Below are positions 1 through 8,686 of a stretch of 29,643 nt of DNA, one piece after another; position 1 is the first letter of the stretch; the number at the start of each line of letters is the position of its first letter. A program made the translations under genes and the position numbers. Below the pieces are notes generated by a model. It saw nothing but the letters and a program-made list of their open reading frames with translations. It was not told the DNA's origin and searched no databases. The DNA is taken from NCBI GenBank assembly GCA_050248855.1, contig JBFWRP010000037.1, forward strand, positions 1 through 29,643, written 5' to 3'. This stretch comes from Planctomycetota bacterium. Its GTDB lineage: Bacteria; Planctomycetota; PLA2; JAEUHO01.

Positions 1-81
1 ATTCCACCCTCGGGCTGCCAGGCCCCCCCGCCGGCGAGAGTGTGGTGCGGCCCGAGGGTGGAATCTCACCCGACTCCGTAC
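1..81. repeat. REP/REPIN-like inverted-repeat element (GTAC family), left arm truncated by window start
   Basis: 1-15 ATTCCACCCTCGGGC is the 3' part of the left arm seen complete at 13560-13591; 50-81 GCCCGAGGGTGGAATCTCACCCGACTCCGTAC is identical to 13626-13657 and 19160-19191; 34-bp spacer between arms. Confidence 0.9.
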
Positions 82-128
82 GGGGCATCCGCCTCCGTGC
101 GGGACGTCCGCCTCCGCGCGGGGACGAC

Positions 129-1109
129 CTACGCCCCCGCCAGCAGGAGGCGGAAACGGGCGAAGGGGAGGTCGGCGCCGACGGAGATGCGGGGGAGCGC
201 CAGAGGGTCGCTCTCGCGGCGGGCGAGGCCGTGCTCGGTGGAGAGGGCGAAGCGCACGCCCGCTTGCTGCACCGCGCGGCGGGCGCGGTCGTCGAAGTCC
301 TGCGCGCGCCCGTTGGGGTAGGCGAACACGGTCGGCGGGGCGCCGTTGCGAGCCGCGAGCTCGGCGCACGACGCGGTGACCTCCTCCGTGACCTGCTCGT
401 CGGTGCACCGCGACAGGATCGGGTGCGTCACGCTGTGGGGGCCCAGCTCGACCAGCGGGTGGGCCTCCAGCGTGGCCAGCTCGCCGTCGTCGAGCAGCGC
501 GAAATCGTCGTCCGGGGCTCCGCCCGGTTCGGGCGCCAAACGCCGGACCAGCTCGTCGATGAGCGCGTCCCAGCGTGCGACGTCGACCTCCTTGATGGCG
601 TGCACGACGCGGGCGTAGGCCGCGCCGCGCGCGCGCACGTCGCGGACGTCGAGCGAGCCCAGCTCGAGGGGCGCTGCGTCGAGCGTGGTCGCGCGCGTGT
701 CGCGGAAGGCCTTCCACAGACGATCGGGCCAGAGGCGGGCGTCTGGGCCCCGGCGGCCCGTCACCACGAACACGGTGGCCGGCACGCCGTGGTGCTCCAG
801 GATCGGCAGCGCGCGCGTGAGGTTGTTGCGGTAGCCGTCGTCGAACGTCACCGCCGCGGCCTCGTCAGGCAGCGTGCCGTCGACCATGCGGCCCAGCGCT
901 TCGGCCAGCGGCAGCACCGTGCGATGGCGGACCAGCCAGGCGATCTGCTGCTCGAAGCTGCGAAGGGGCAGCTGGTGCCAGCAGACAGGCTCGAGCGCCG
1001 CCTCGACCACACCGTGGTACATGACGATCGCCAGCGTGTGGCGTCGCTTGCGGCGCAGCACGCGCTCGGCGCCGAGCTTGAGGGCGACGTGATCCACGAG
1101 CGGGCTCAT
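129..1109 (-). CDS. Polysaccharide deacetylase family protein (CE4/NodB-like), 326 aa
   Basis: Motifs IVMYHGV, AVTFDDGYRN, PATVFVVTG, GPHSVTHPIL, FAYPNG, PLALPRI; ATG at 1109 overlaps the upstream TGA (ATGA). The extra N-terminal part of the track ORF is a GC shadow. Confidence 0.9.
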   Translation of the reverse strand: MSPLVDHVALKLGAERVLRRKRRHTLAIVMYHGVVEAALEPVCWHQLPLRSFEQQIAWLVRHRTVLPLAEALGRMVDGTLPDEAAAVTFDDGYRNNLTRALPILEHHGVPATVFVVTGRRGPDARLWPDRLWKAFRDTRATTLDAAPLELGSLDVRDVRARGAAYARVVHAIKEVDVARWDALIDELVRRLAPEPGGAPDDDFALLDDGELATLEAHPLVELGPHSVTHPILSRCTDEQVTEEVTASCAELAARNGAPPTVFAYPNGRAQDFDDRARRAVQQAGVRFALSTEHGLARRESDPLALPRISVGADLPFARFRLLLAGA

Positions 1110-2350
1110 GTCGTCCTCGACGGGCGCGGCCCGCGCCCGATCGTCTCGCGCCAGGCGCGGGCTTGGTGGGGCGCGATCACGTCCCACTCGTAGGTCTCGA
1201 GCACGCGCGCGCGGCCGCGGGCCGCCATCGCGCTGGCGGCGCCGGGATCGGCCAGCACGCCCAGGACCCCGGTGGCGAAGTCGGCCGCCGAGTCGACGCG
1301 CAAGACGCCGTCGCCGAGGTCGAGGCCCTCGGCACCCACGGACGTGCTCACGACCGGCCGGCCCATCGAGAGCGCCTCGCAGATCTTGAGCCGCGAGCCG
1401 CCGCCGATGCGCAGCGGCACCACGAACGCCGCGCCCCGGGCCATGAAGGGCCGGACGTCGGGCACGCTCGCGTGCACCTCCACGCCCGGCAAGCGCTGCC
1501 AGCGGGCCGCCAAGGCCTCGGGCGGCGCGCGGCCCACGATCGTGAGCCGCACCTCGGGCCGCTCGAGCCGGACGCGCGGCAGCACGTCGGCCAGGAACCA
1601 CTCCATGCCGTCCTGGTTGGGGCGCCAGTCCAGCGCCCCGACGAAGACGACTTCCTCGGGCTGCACGGGGACGTCGGGGCACGGGGCAAACCACGCGGCG
1701 TCCACGCCGTTGGGCACGACCTCCACGTGCGGCTGGCCGCTCCAGGAGCCGATGCGGCGAGCGTCGTGCTCGCTGACGGCCGTGACCAGGTCGGCCGCCC
1801 CGAGGGCCGCGCGCTCGAAGCGCGCCACCTTCTTGTGCTGCAGGCCGATGTAGGCCCGATGCAGGAAGCGCTTCTCGTTCTCGCGGTAGCGCCGCCAGAT
1901 GTCGGCCTCCACGTTGTGCGCCGAGATGGCCACGGGGACGCGTGCGTCCTCGGGGACGTTCGCCACGAGCGGCGTCCACTCCACGTGCACGAGGTCCGGC
2001 GGTTCGGACGACGCCAGGGCCTTGGCAATCGCGGCACGCATCGCCGCCGTGCGATGGCCCATCACCATGTACGGCGCGCGGTGTACGACGTTGCGGGCGA
2101 GGTCCCAGGCAAAGCTGAGGTCCTTCTTCACGAGCGGGCGGCGCTTGACCGGGAGCAGCTTGACGCCCGTCGCCCGGGCGGCCTCGAGGCCCTCGGCCGG
2201 CGTGTCGCCCTCGTCGTGGTAGGCGAGCGTGATGTCGAACTCGGGTGCCAGGCGCGTGAGCAGGGCCGACGTGCGGATGCGCTTGCCCGAGTCCGCGGGC
2301 CAGGGCAGGGCCTCGTCGACGACGAGCACGCGAGGGCGGGCGCTGCTCAT
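1106..2350 (-). CDS. Glycosyltransferase family 4 (resembles PEP-CTERM-locus sugar transferases), 414 aa
   Basis: LPWPADSGKRIRT N-terminus, HNVEADIW, VVPNGVD, FVGALDWRPNQDG, VVPLRIGGGSRLKICEALSMGRPVVSTSVGAEGL; ATG at 2350 in ATGA overlap. Confidence 0.9.
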   Translation of the reverse strand: MSSARPRVLVVDEALPWPADSGKRIRTSALLTRLAPEFDITLAYHDEGDTPAEGLEAARATGVKLLPVKRRPLVKKDLSFAWDLARNVVHRAPYMVMGHRTAAMRAAIAKALASSEPPDLVHVEWTPLVANVPEDARVPVAISAHNVEADIWRRYRENEKRFLHRAYIGLQHKKVARFERAALGAADLVTAVSEHDARRIGSWSGQPHVEVVPNGVDAAWFAPCPDVPVQPEEVVFVGALDWRPNQDGMEWFLADVLPRVRLERPEVRLTIVGRAPPEALAARWQRLPGVEVHASVPDVRPFMARGAAFVVPLRIGGGSRLKICEALSMGRPVVSTSVGAEGLDLGDGVLRVDSAADFATGVLGVLADPGAASAMAARGRARVLETYEWDVIAPHQARAWRETIGRGPRPSRTT

Positions 2351-3741
2351 CGCTCCCCCCCGAGCACGTCGGCGTGCTCCAGGTTGCAGATGCAGTAGCG
2401 GATCTTGCCGTTGGGCTCGCGGCGGAGCGCGCTCACCTCGTGGCCGACGATCTCGAGCTCGCCCCGCGTGAGGCCCCTGATGTCGGCGAGCAGCGCCGTG
2501 GCGTGCTCGGGGCGGAAGTGGGGGGCGGGGACGTAGTACACGTCGAGGCGGTCGGGCGCGTCCTGGATGTACTGCGTCTCGAAGATGCCGGGGGCCACTT
2601 GGGAGAGCCCGCGCCGCGTCAGGATCACGCCGGGGATGCGCGTGCCCGATGGCAACAGCAGCACGTCCTGCAAGCGTCCTTCGAGGCTCTGGATGGTCGG
2701 ACGCGGGTCGCCGCAGGGGCACGGCGCGTCGCCGAGCACGGCGCGGTCCCCGATCGCGTAGCGCACCAGCGGCATGGCGCGGCTCAGGAGATCGGTGACC
2801 AGGAGCCGTCCGTCGTCGTCGACCTCGAGCACGTGCTGGACGTGGTTGACGTGCAGGCGCTTCTCCGGGCTGCATTCCGCGGCGATCCAGGCGGTCTCGC
2901 GGCTGCCGTACCACATGGTGACGTCGGCCCCGAAGGCCTCGGCGATCCGCCGCCGCTGATCGGGCGTGCTGGGCTCGGCCGTCATCGTGACGTGCGGAAT
3001 GGGGCAGGAGCGGCCGCGGGCGAGCGCATGGCGGGCCAGCACGTCCATGGGCCCGGCGTAGGCCTGCACCCAGGTCGGGCGGAAGCGACGGAGCGCGTCG
3101 AGGTGGCTGTCCATGCGTGCGGCGTCCAGGCCCGTGCCGGGAAGGTAGAGGCGACGCTCGAGGTAGCGACCGACCAGCGCGGCCTTCGTGCGATGGAGCC
3201 ACGAGCCGTGATGGCCCGGCATGTCCCGCTCGGCCGACCACACGTACGCGGCCCGCTGGCCGGGCCACCAGCCCATCAGGTTGCGCATGGCCTCGGCGAG
3301 GTCGTTCTTGGCGGCGGCGTCCTCTTGCGTCAGGAAGAACGGCGCCGGCTCGCCCGTGGTGCCGCCCGTGCGCACGGTGTGGTAGGTCGAGCGGTCCTGC
3401 GTCGTGGAGACGGCGTCGTCCAGGCGCGCCACGAGCGTCTCGCGGTCCAGCGCGGGCAGGGCCATCAGCACGTCGTACGGGTCGTCGGCGTTGGGGTCGA
3501 CGCCCGCGGCCTTCATGCGCTCGGCGTGCAGCAGCGTCTCGGCCTGCGTCCGGACGAGGAACGCACGAAGGGCCTCGCGCTGGCGGGCCTTGGCCTCCTC
3601 CGGCGAGGCCAGCAGCTGCTCGCGGTAGGCGCGCACGACGGAGGCCTTGCCTTGACGGTCCCCACGCCACCACCGGAGCAGCTGCTGCGGCACGGCGGCG
3701 TGGAAGCGCGAGAAGAGGTCGGGCCCCGGCGGCGGCTTCAT
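2347..3741 (-). CDS. Phenylacetate-CoA ligase family / CapK-like adenylate-forming enzyme, 464 aa
   Basis: P-loop RTGGTTGEP, YGSRE, LLVTDLLSRAMPLVRYAIGD, CPCG...EGRLQD, C-terminal PNGKIRY; ATG at 3741 in ATGA overlap. Confidence 0.85.
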   Translation of the reverse strand: MKPPPGPDLFSRFHAAVPQQLLRWWRGDRQGKASVVRAYREQLLASPEEAKARQREALRAFLVRTQAETLLHAERMKAAGVDPNADDPYDVLMALPALDRETLVARLDDAVSTTQDRSTYHTVRTGGTTGEPAPFFLTQEDAAAKNDLAEAMRNLMGWWPGQRAAYVWSAERDMPGHHGSWLHRTKAALVGRYLERRLYLPGTGLDAARMDSHLDALRRFRPTWVQAYAGPMDVLARHALARGRSCPIPHVTMTAEPSTPDQRRRIAEAFGADVTMWYGSRETAWIAAECSPEKRLHVNHVQHVLEVDDDGRLLVTDLLSRAMPLVRYAIGDRAVLGDAPCPCGDPRPTIQSLEGRLQDVLLLPSGTRIPGVILTRRGLSQVAPGIFETQYIQDAPDRLDVYYVPAPHFRPEHATALLADIRGLTRGELEIVGHEVSALRREPNGKIRYCICNLEHADVLGGER

Positions 3742-4811
3742 GACGTGACCGCTTCGGGGGTCGTCGGCGCCGGGGCCGGGTGCGGCGGACGCGTGAGCCA
3801 GCCCTTCAAGTACCCCCAGCCCAGCCCCAGGTGGATCACGGGGAACACGAGCAGGAGCCGCGGGAACAGCGTCACGCCCTTGGCCCTTGCGGTGACGAAG
3901 GAGAAGGCGACGTCCGCCGCAAGGTAGAGCGCGATCGGCGTGACAGAGAGCACCTGCAACGGCCCGCGGAAGAGCAGCACGCCGAGGACGGCGGGGACGA
4001 GTCCCGCGGTGAACACCGCGGGCACGAGCGACTCCACCGTGAACGCGCTTGGGTGCTTGCGGTGCAGGCGTGCGCGGCCGAGGCCGTAGCGCACCATCTG
4101 GCGGAACAGGGCGCGGGGCGTGCGGCGTGGCTCGTACGCGATCGCGAGCTTGGGGCTGGTCCAGCACGAAAGCCCGGCCTTCGCGCAGCGCCAGTTGAGC
4201 TCCACGTCCTCGCAGGCGTCGAACGCCGGGTCGAACGTGCCGACCTGGTCGAAGACGTCGCGGCGGTACATGGCGCCGGCGCTGGTCGGGTCGACGGGGC
4301 GCTCGCGGTCGTCGTAGATCGTGCTCTGGGTGCTGTGGCCGAAGGGCGACGTCCGCGCCGCCGCGATCGCCCGCGCCCAGCCGCCTTCGAGCTCGGGCAC
4401 CAGGGGCTGGGGGCGTGCGAGGCACATGGCCCCGGTGCGCTCGAAGAGGTCCACCATGTCCGCGAGCAGGGTCTTCGTGGGCAGGCGGCAGTGGCCGTCG
4501 ACCACGGCGATGTAGCGTCCACGGGCCAGCCGCGTGCCGAGCGCCCGGGCCGCGGAGCTGAGCTGCGCCGGGTTGTCGAGCAGCGCCACGCGCGGGTCGC
4601 GGGCCGCGACCTCGCGCACCCGCTCGCGGGTGTCGTCGGTGCTGCGGCCGTCCACGACGAGCACCTCGAACGTGGGCCCGCCGGGCTCCTGGCCCAGCAG
4701 GTCCTCGAGCACCGCCACGACGTGGGGGCCCTCGTTGCGCACCGGGACCACCACCGTGACGTCCGGCGTGGGGGAGTCGGGCGCGGGAGGTGGGGTGAGG
4801 AAGGCGCTCAT
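3738..4811 (-). CDS. Glycosyltransferase family 2 (succinoglycan ExoA-like), about 357 aa
   Basis: VTVVVPVRNE, EVLVVDGRSTDDT, VVDGHC, FDPAFDACEDVELNWR, LFRQMVRYGLGR, C-terminal hydrophobic helices; alternative in-frame ATG at 4850. Confidence 0.88.
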   Translation of the reverse strand: MSAFLTPPPAPDSPTPDVTVVVPVRNEGPHVVAVLEDLLGQEPGGPTFEVLVVDGRSTDDTRERVREVAARDPRVALLDNPAQLSSAARALGTRLARGRYIAVVDGHCRLPTKTLLADMVDLFERTGAMCLARPQPLVPELEGGWARAIAAARTSPFGHSTQSTIYDDRERPVDPTSAGAMYRRDVFDQVGTFDPAFDACEDVELNWRCAKAGLSCWTSPKLAIAYEPRRTPRALFRQMVRYGLGRARLHRKHPSAFTVESLVPAVFTAGLVPAVLGVLLFRGPLQVLSVTPIALYLAADVAFSFVTARAKGVTLFPRLLLVFPVIHLGLGWGYLKGWLTRPPHPAPAPTTPEAVTS

Positions 4812-4964
4812 CCGGGGTCCGGGGACCGGCCGATGGACGGGGGGCCCCATCGTCGGCGGATCGTACGGTGCGGCCACGTAGCATCCCTCTCGACAAGCCA
4901 TGCACTCGGCCCCCAGCCCCCTTCCTGCCCTCCCTGGCCGGGCCCCGGGCACCGAGGACGAACC

Positions 4965-6278
4965 GTGCTCGCACGCCTGACGTGGGCCCGCACCCACGGT
5001 CGCTGGAACCCGGGGTGGCAGGCCCGGCTGGCCGAGTTCGAGCGCCGGGCGAAGCTGCCGCCCGCGGCGTTTCGCGCTTGGCAGGAAGAGGCCGTCCGCG
5101 CGCACGTGGCTTGGGGCCGGAAGGCGCTGCCGTGGTTCGCCGAGCGTGCCCCCGACGCCACGACGCTCGCCGACCTGCCGCCGCTGACACGCCGTGACGT
5201 GCAAGCGGGCCGCGACGCGCTGCGGGACCCCTCGCTGGACGTGGCCACGCTGGTCGCCGACAGCACGGGCGGCTCCACCGGCGAGCCGGTGCGCTTCTTC
5301 CACCACCCGGACCTCGCCGTGAGCACGTTTGCGACCGAGCTGCTGCTCCAGCGCTGGTGGGGGGTCAAGCCCTGGGCGCGCACGGCGTACGTGTGGGGCG
5401 ATGACCGCGAGGCCGGTGGGTCGCTGAAGGAGCGCTTGGTCGAACGCCTGCTCGGACGCCTGCACCTCAATGCGTTCCAGGTGGACGACGCCGGGCTCGC
5501 GCGCTTCGCGGCCGCGCTGCGGCGCTTCCGGCCCGAGGTCGTGCAGGGGTATGCCACGGCGCTCGACCTCGTGGCCGCGTACCTGCTGCGCGACGGCGGG
5601 CCTCCCGTCAGGCCGAAGGTCGTGCGCTCCGCGGCCGAAGCGCTGTTCCCCGATCGCCGCGCGCGCATCGAGGAGGCGTTCGGCGTGGCCGTGCGCGACG
5701 TGTACGGCAGTCGCGAGACGCCGTGCCTGGCGGCCCAGTGCGCCCACGGCGGCTTCCACGTGATGGCCCACACGAAGGTGATCGAGCTGGTGGACGAGGC
5801 CGGTGCGCCCGTGCCGCCGGGCACGCCGGCTCGTGTGCTGGTGACGGACCTCGGCAACCGTGCCTTCGGGTTCCTGCGCTACGCCAACGGGGACGTGGCC
5901 TCGTGGGACCCCGATCCCGCGCCGTGCCCCTGCGGCGTGTCCTGGCCGCGCTTGGAGAAGATCCATGGCCGCAGCAGCGACTTCCTGACCACGCCCTCGG
6001 GCCTGCGCGTGCATGGGGAGTGGTTCACGCACCTGTTCTACGGCCGCGACGACGTGCGGCGCTTCCAGCTGCACCAGACGGCGCTGGATCACGTGACCCT
6101 GTTGACGGAGGGGCCCGCGGACGAGGCCGCGCTGGCCGACGTGCTGGCTGCGATCCGCAAGCGGCTGGGCGCGGGCGTGGACCTCGTCTGGCGACGTGTC
6201 GAGCGCATCGAGACCGGGCCCTCGGGCAAGCACCGCTTCACGGTGTCCGACGTCCCGTTCCTCGTGGGGCCCAAGTGA
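4965..6278 (+). CDS. Phenylacetate-CoA ligase family / CapK-like adenylate-forming enzyme (second copy), 437 aa
   Basis: GTG at 4965 after GAGGA; STGGSTGEP, DVYGSRE, VLVTDLGNRAFGFLRYANGD, CPCG...HGRSSD, PSGKHRF. Confidence 0.85.
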   Translation: MLARLTWARTHGRWNPGWQARLAEFERRAKLPPAAFRAWQEEAVRAHVAWGRKALPWFAERAPDATTLADLPPLTRRDVQAGRDALRDPSLDVATLVADSTGGSTGEPVRFFHHPDLAVSTFATELLLQRWWGVKPWARTAYVWGDDREAGGSLKERLVERLLGRLHLNAFQVDDAGLARFAAALRRFRPEVVQGYATALDLVAAYLLRDGGPPVRPKVVRSAAEALFPDRRARIEEAFGVAVRDVYGSRETPCLAAQCAHGGFHVMAHTKVIELVDEAGAPVPPGTPARVLVTDLGNRAFGFLRYANGDVASWDPDPAPCPCGVSWPRLEKIHGRSSDFLTTPSGLRVHGEWFTHLFYGRDDVRRFQLHQTALDHVTLLTEGPADEAALADVLAAIRKRLGAGVDLVWRRVERIETGPSGKHRFTVSDVPFLVGPK

Positions 6279-8524
6279 GCCGGCGGCGCCTGCTCCTGCT
6301 CACCGACGTGTTCGGTGGGCTCCATGGCGGAACGGAAGGGCAGGTCCTGACGCTGCTCCGGCAGCTTCCCGACCCGTGGGAGGCCGAGCTGTGGGTGATG
6401 CAGCACAGCTACCACTTCGGCTTGGGACCCGGGACGAAGCGCGGGGACTCGACGAGCACGCCCACGGCCGAGCCGTTTCCCTGTCCGTGGCGCGTGTGGC
6501 AGCTGCCGTCGCTCAAGGACCCGCGGTTTGCGTGGCGCTTCGGGCAGCTGGTGAAGGCGGCGCGCGCGGCCCGCTTCGACCTCGTGCAGGCCTTCCACAG
6601 CGACACGTGCTGGCTGGGCCCGCGCCTCGGGCGGCGGGCCGGCGTGCCGGTGCTCACGAGCCGGCGGGATCTCGGCTACTGGCAGCGTCCGCTGCACCTG
6701 CCGCTGTTGCGTTCGGCCAATCGCGTGGCGGCGGGCATCGTGGCCAACGCGAAGGCCGTGGCCGACCGCACGGTGGCCGTGGAGCATGCGCATCCGTCGC
6801 GCGTGCACGTGATCCTCAACGGCCATCGTGCGGAGCGCTTCGACACGGCCGCTGATGCGGGGCTGCGTGGGCGCCTGGGGATCCCGGGAGACGCCTTCGT
6901 GGCCGGGATCTGCGCCAACCTCAGGCCGCTGAAGCGCCATGCAGACCTCGTGGATGCCGTGGCGGCGCTGGGCGAGGGTGAGCGGCCTGCGCACGTGCTG
7001 GTGATCGGCACGGGCGAGGAGGACGAGGTCGCCGCGCTTCGGGCCCACGCGTCGGCGCGCGGGCTCGACGGACGCTTCCACATGCACGGCGTGACCGACG
7101 ACGTCGTCCCGTGGCTCAAGAATCTCGACGTCGGGGTGCTCTGCAGCGAGAGCGAGGGGCTGTCGAACGCCATCGTCGAGTACATGGCGTGTTCGTTGCC
7201 GGTGGTGGCCACGGCGGTGGGGGGGACGCCGGAGCTGGTCGACGAGGGGCGCACCGGGCACCTGTACGCGGTGGGGGACGTGCCGGCGTTGACCGCGCAC
7301 TTGAAGCGCCTGCGCGACGACCCGGCCGCCGCGCGCGCCCTCGGAGCGGCCGGTCGCGTGCGGTTCGACGCGGACTTGGTCGCCGGGCGCATGGTGGAGC
7401 GCTTCGCCGAGCGCTTCGACGCCGAGGTCGAGCGCTTCGCGAAGCCATGGGCGCCCGCAGGCTGGACGGTGCGCATCCATCGCGAGCCGGAGGCGGCGAT
7501 CGAGGCGTTGGAGCGGGCCGAGGACCACCTGGACGGCCGTGGGTTCTTCCTGGGGCCGGTGTGGAACGCGACGTGGTGGGTTACGCGCGGCGACGCCCCG
7601 TTCGTCGTGGAGGCCCTGGACGCGTCCGGCGAGCCGCAGGGCGTTCTTCCGCTCGTGGAGTCACGCGGCGTGCTCGGCTTTGCGGGCCAGGACGTGGGCG
7701 CGGATCACTTGGACGTGGTGGCGGCGCCGGGCCAGGGCGAGGCCGTGGCGGCGACCGTGCTCGACGCGCTGACGCGCCGCTCGTACGGCAAGCTGCGCCT
7801 GCGCCACGTGCGGGCGGAGGGGTGGCTCCGCCTGGCGCTGCACGACCCGCGGCACGGGATCGCGTGGAACGAGCGCTGGACCACGATCTGCCACGAGATC
7901 GACACGCGGGGCACGTGGGACGAGTACCTGGGTCGCGTGTGGTCGAGGAAGCGGCGTCACGAGCTGCGGCGGACCGTGAAGCGGTTCTTCGAGCGCGAAG
8001 GCGCGCGCGTCGAGCGGGCCACGACGGTTGCCGCGGTGGACGACTTGCTCACGCGGCTGTTCACGCTGCATGCCAAGCGGTTCGCGGGGCAGGGGGCCGA
8101 TACGGACTTCTCGGGCCCGGCCGTGGAGCGCTTCCACCGCGCGCTCGCGCCCAAGCTGCTCGATCGCGGCGAGCTCGTGTTGTTGGCGCTGGTCGACGAG
8201 GGGCGCGACGTGGCCGTGTACTACGGCTTCCGGCACCGGGGCCGGGTGCTGCACTTCCAGAGCGGCATCGACGACGGCGAGGCGGGCACGAGTGCGGGCA
8301 CCGTGCTGCGCGCCAAGATGTTGGAAGAGGACGTGTTCGGGCAGGACGCGACATCGTTCGACTTCCTGGACGGCGACGAGGCCTACAAGCACGCCTGGGC
8401 CACGGGCCACCACGACCTCTTCGATCTCGTCATCCACCCCCGCGGCGCCCGCGGCCGTCTCGCCGCCGCCACCCGCGGCCTCTACGGCGTCGTGAAGGAC
8501 GAGATCAAGCGCCGCAGGTCGTAA
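6275..8524 (+). CDS. Fusion: GT4 glycosyltransferase plus C-terminal GNAT (CelD/BcsL, Acetyltransf_6-like) domain, 749 aa
   Basis: GTG at 6275 in GTGA overlap; GT4 motifs GGTEGQ, ANLRPLKRH, LCSESEGLSNAIVEYMACSLPVVATAVGGTPELV; after about 7460 GNAT-type features (ADHLDVV, TWDEYL...SRKRRHELRR, FDFLDGDEAYKHAW); no stop between domains. Confidence 0.82.
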   Translation: MSRRRLLLLTDVFGGLHGGTEGQVLTLLRQLPDPWEAELWVMQHSYHFGLGPGTKRGDSTSTPTAEPFPCPWRVWQLPSLKDPRFAWRFGQLVKAARAARFDLVQAFHSDTCWLGPRLGRRAGVPVLTSRRDLGYWQRPLHLPLLRSANRVAAGIVANAKAVADRTVAVEHAHPSRVHVILNGHRAERFDTAADAGLRGRLGIPGDAFVAGICANLRPLKRHADLVDAVAALGEGERPAHVLVIGTGEEDEVAALRAHASARGLDGRFHMHGVTDDVVPWLKNLDVGVLCSESEGLSNAIVEYMACSLPVVATAVGGTPELVDEGRTGHLYAVGDVPALTAHLKRLRDDPAAARALGAAGRVRFDADLVAGRMVERFAERFDAEVERFAKPWAPAGWTVRIHREPEAAIEALERAEDHLDGRGFFLGPVWNATWWVTRGDAPFVVEALDASGEPQGVLPLVESRGVLGFAGQDVGADHLDVVAAPGQGEAVAATVLDALTRRSYGKLRLRHVRAEGWLRLALHDPRHGIAWNERWTTICHEIDTRGTWDEYLGRVWSRKRRHELRRTVKRFFEREGARVERATTVAAVDDLLTRLFTLHAKRFAGQGADTDFSGPAVERFHRALAPKLLDRGELVLLALVDEGRDVAVYYGFRHRGRVLHFQSGIDDGEAGTSAGTVLRAKMLEEDVFGQDATSFDFLDGDEAYKHAWATGHHDLFDLVIHPRGARGRLAAATRGLYGVVKDEIKRRRS

Positions 8525-8550
8525 CGGCAGTCCCGGCGTCGCGAGACGCG

Positions 8551-8648
8551 GTACGGAGGCGGGGAATTCTTCCGCAACGTGCCGCCTTGCTTGACCGCAT
8601 GGGGGAGATCCCCTCGGCACGTTGCGGAAGAAATCCCCGCCTCCGTAC
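8551..8648. repeat. 98-bp GTAC-terminated inverted-repeat element (divergent REP/REPIN-like variant)
   Basis: GTACGGAGGCGGGGAATTCTTCCGCAACGTGCCG (8551-8584) pairs with 8615-8648 with one mismatch; lies between convergent genes. Confidence 0.88.
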
Positions 8649-8686
8649 GGCATTGGGCGAGTCGCGGCAGACGTTCCCGCGTTCCC

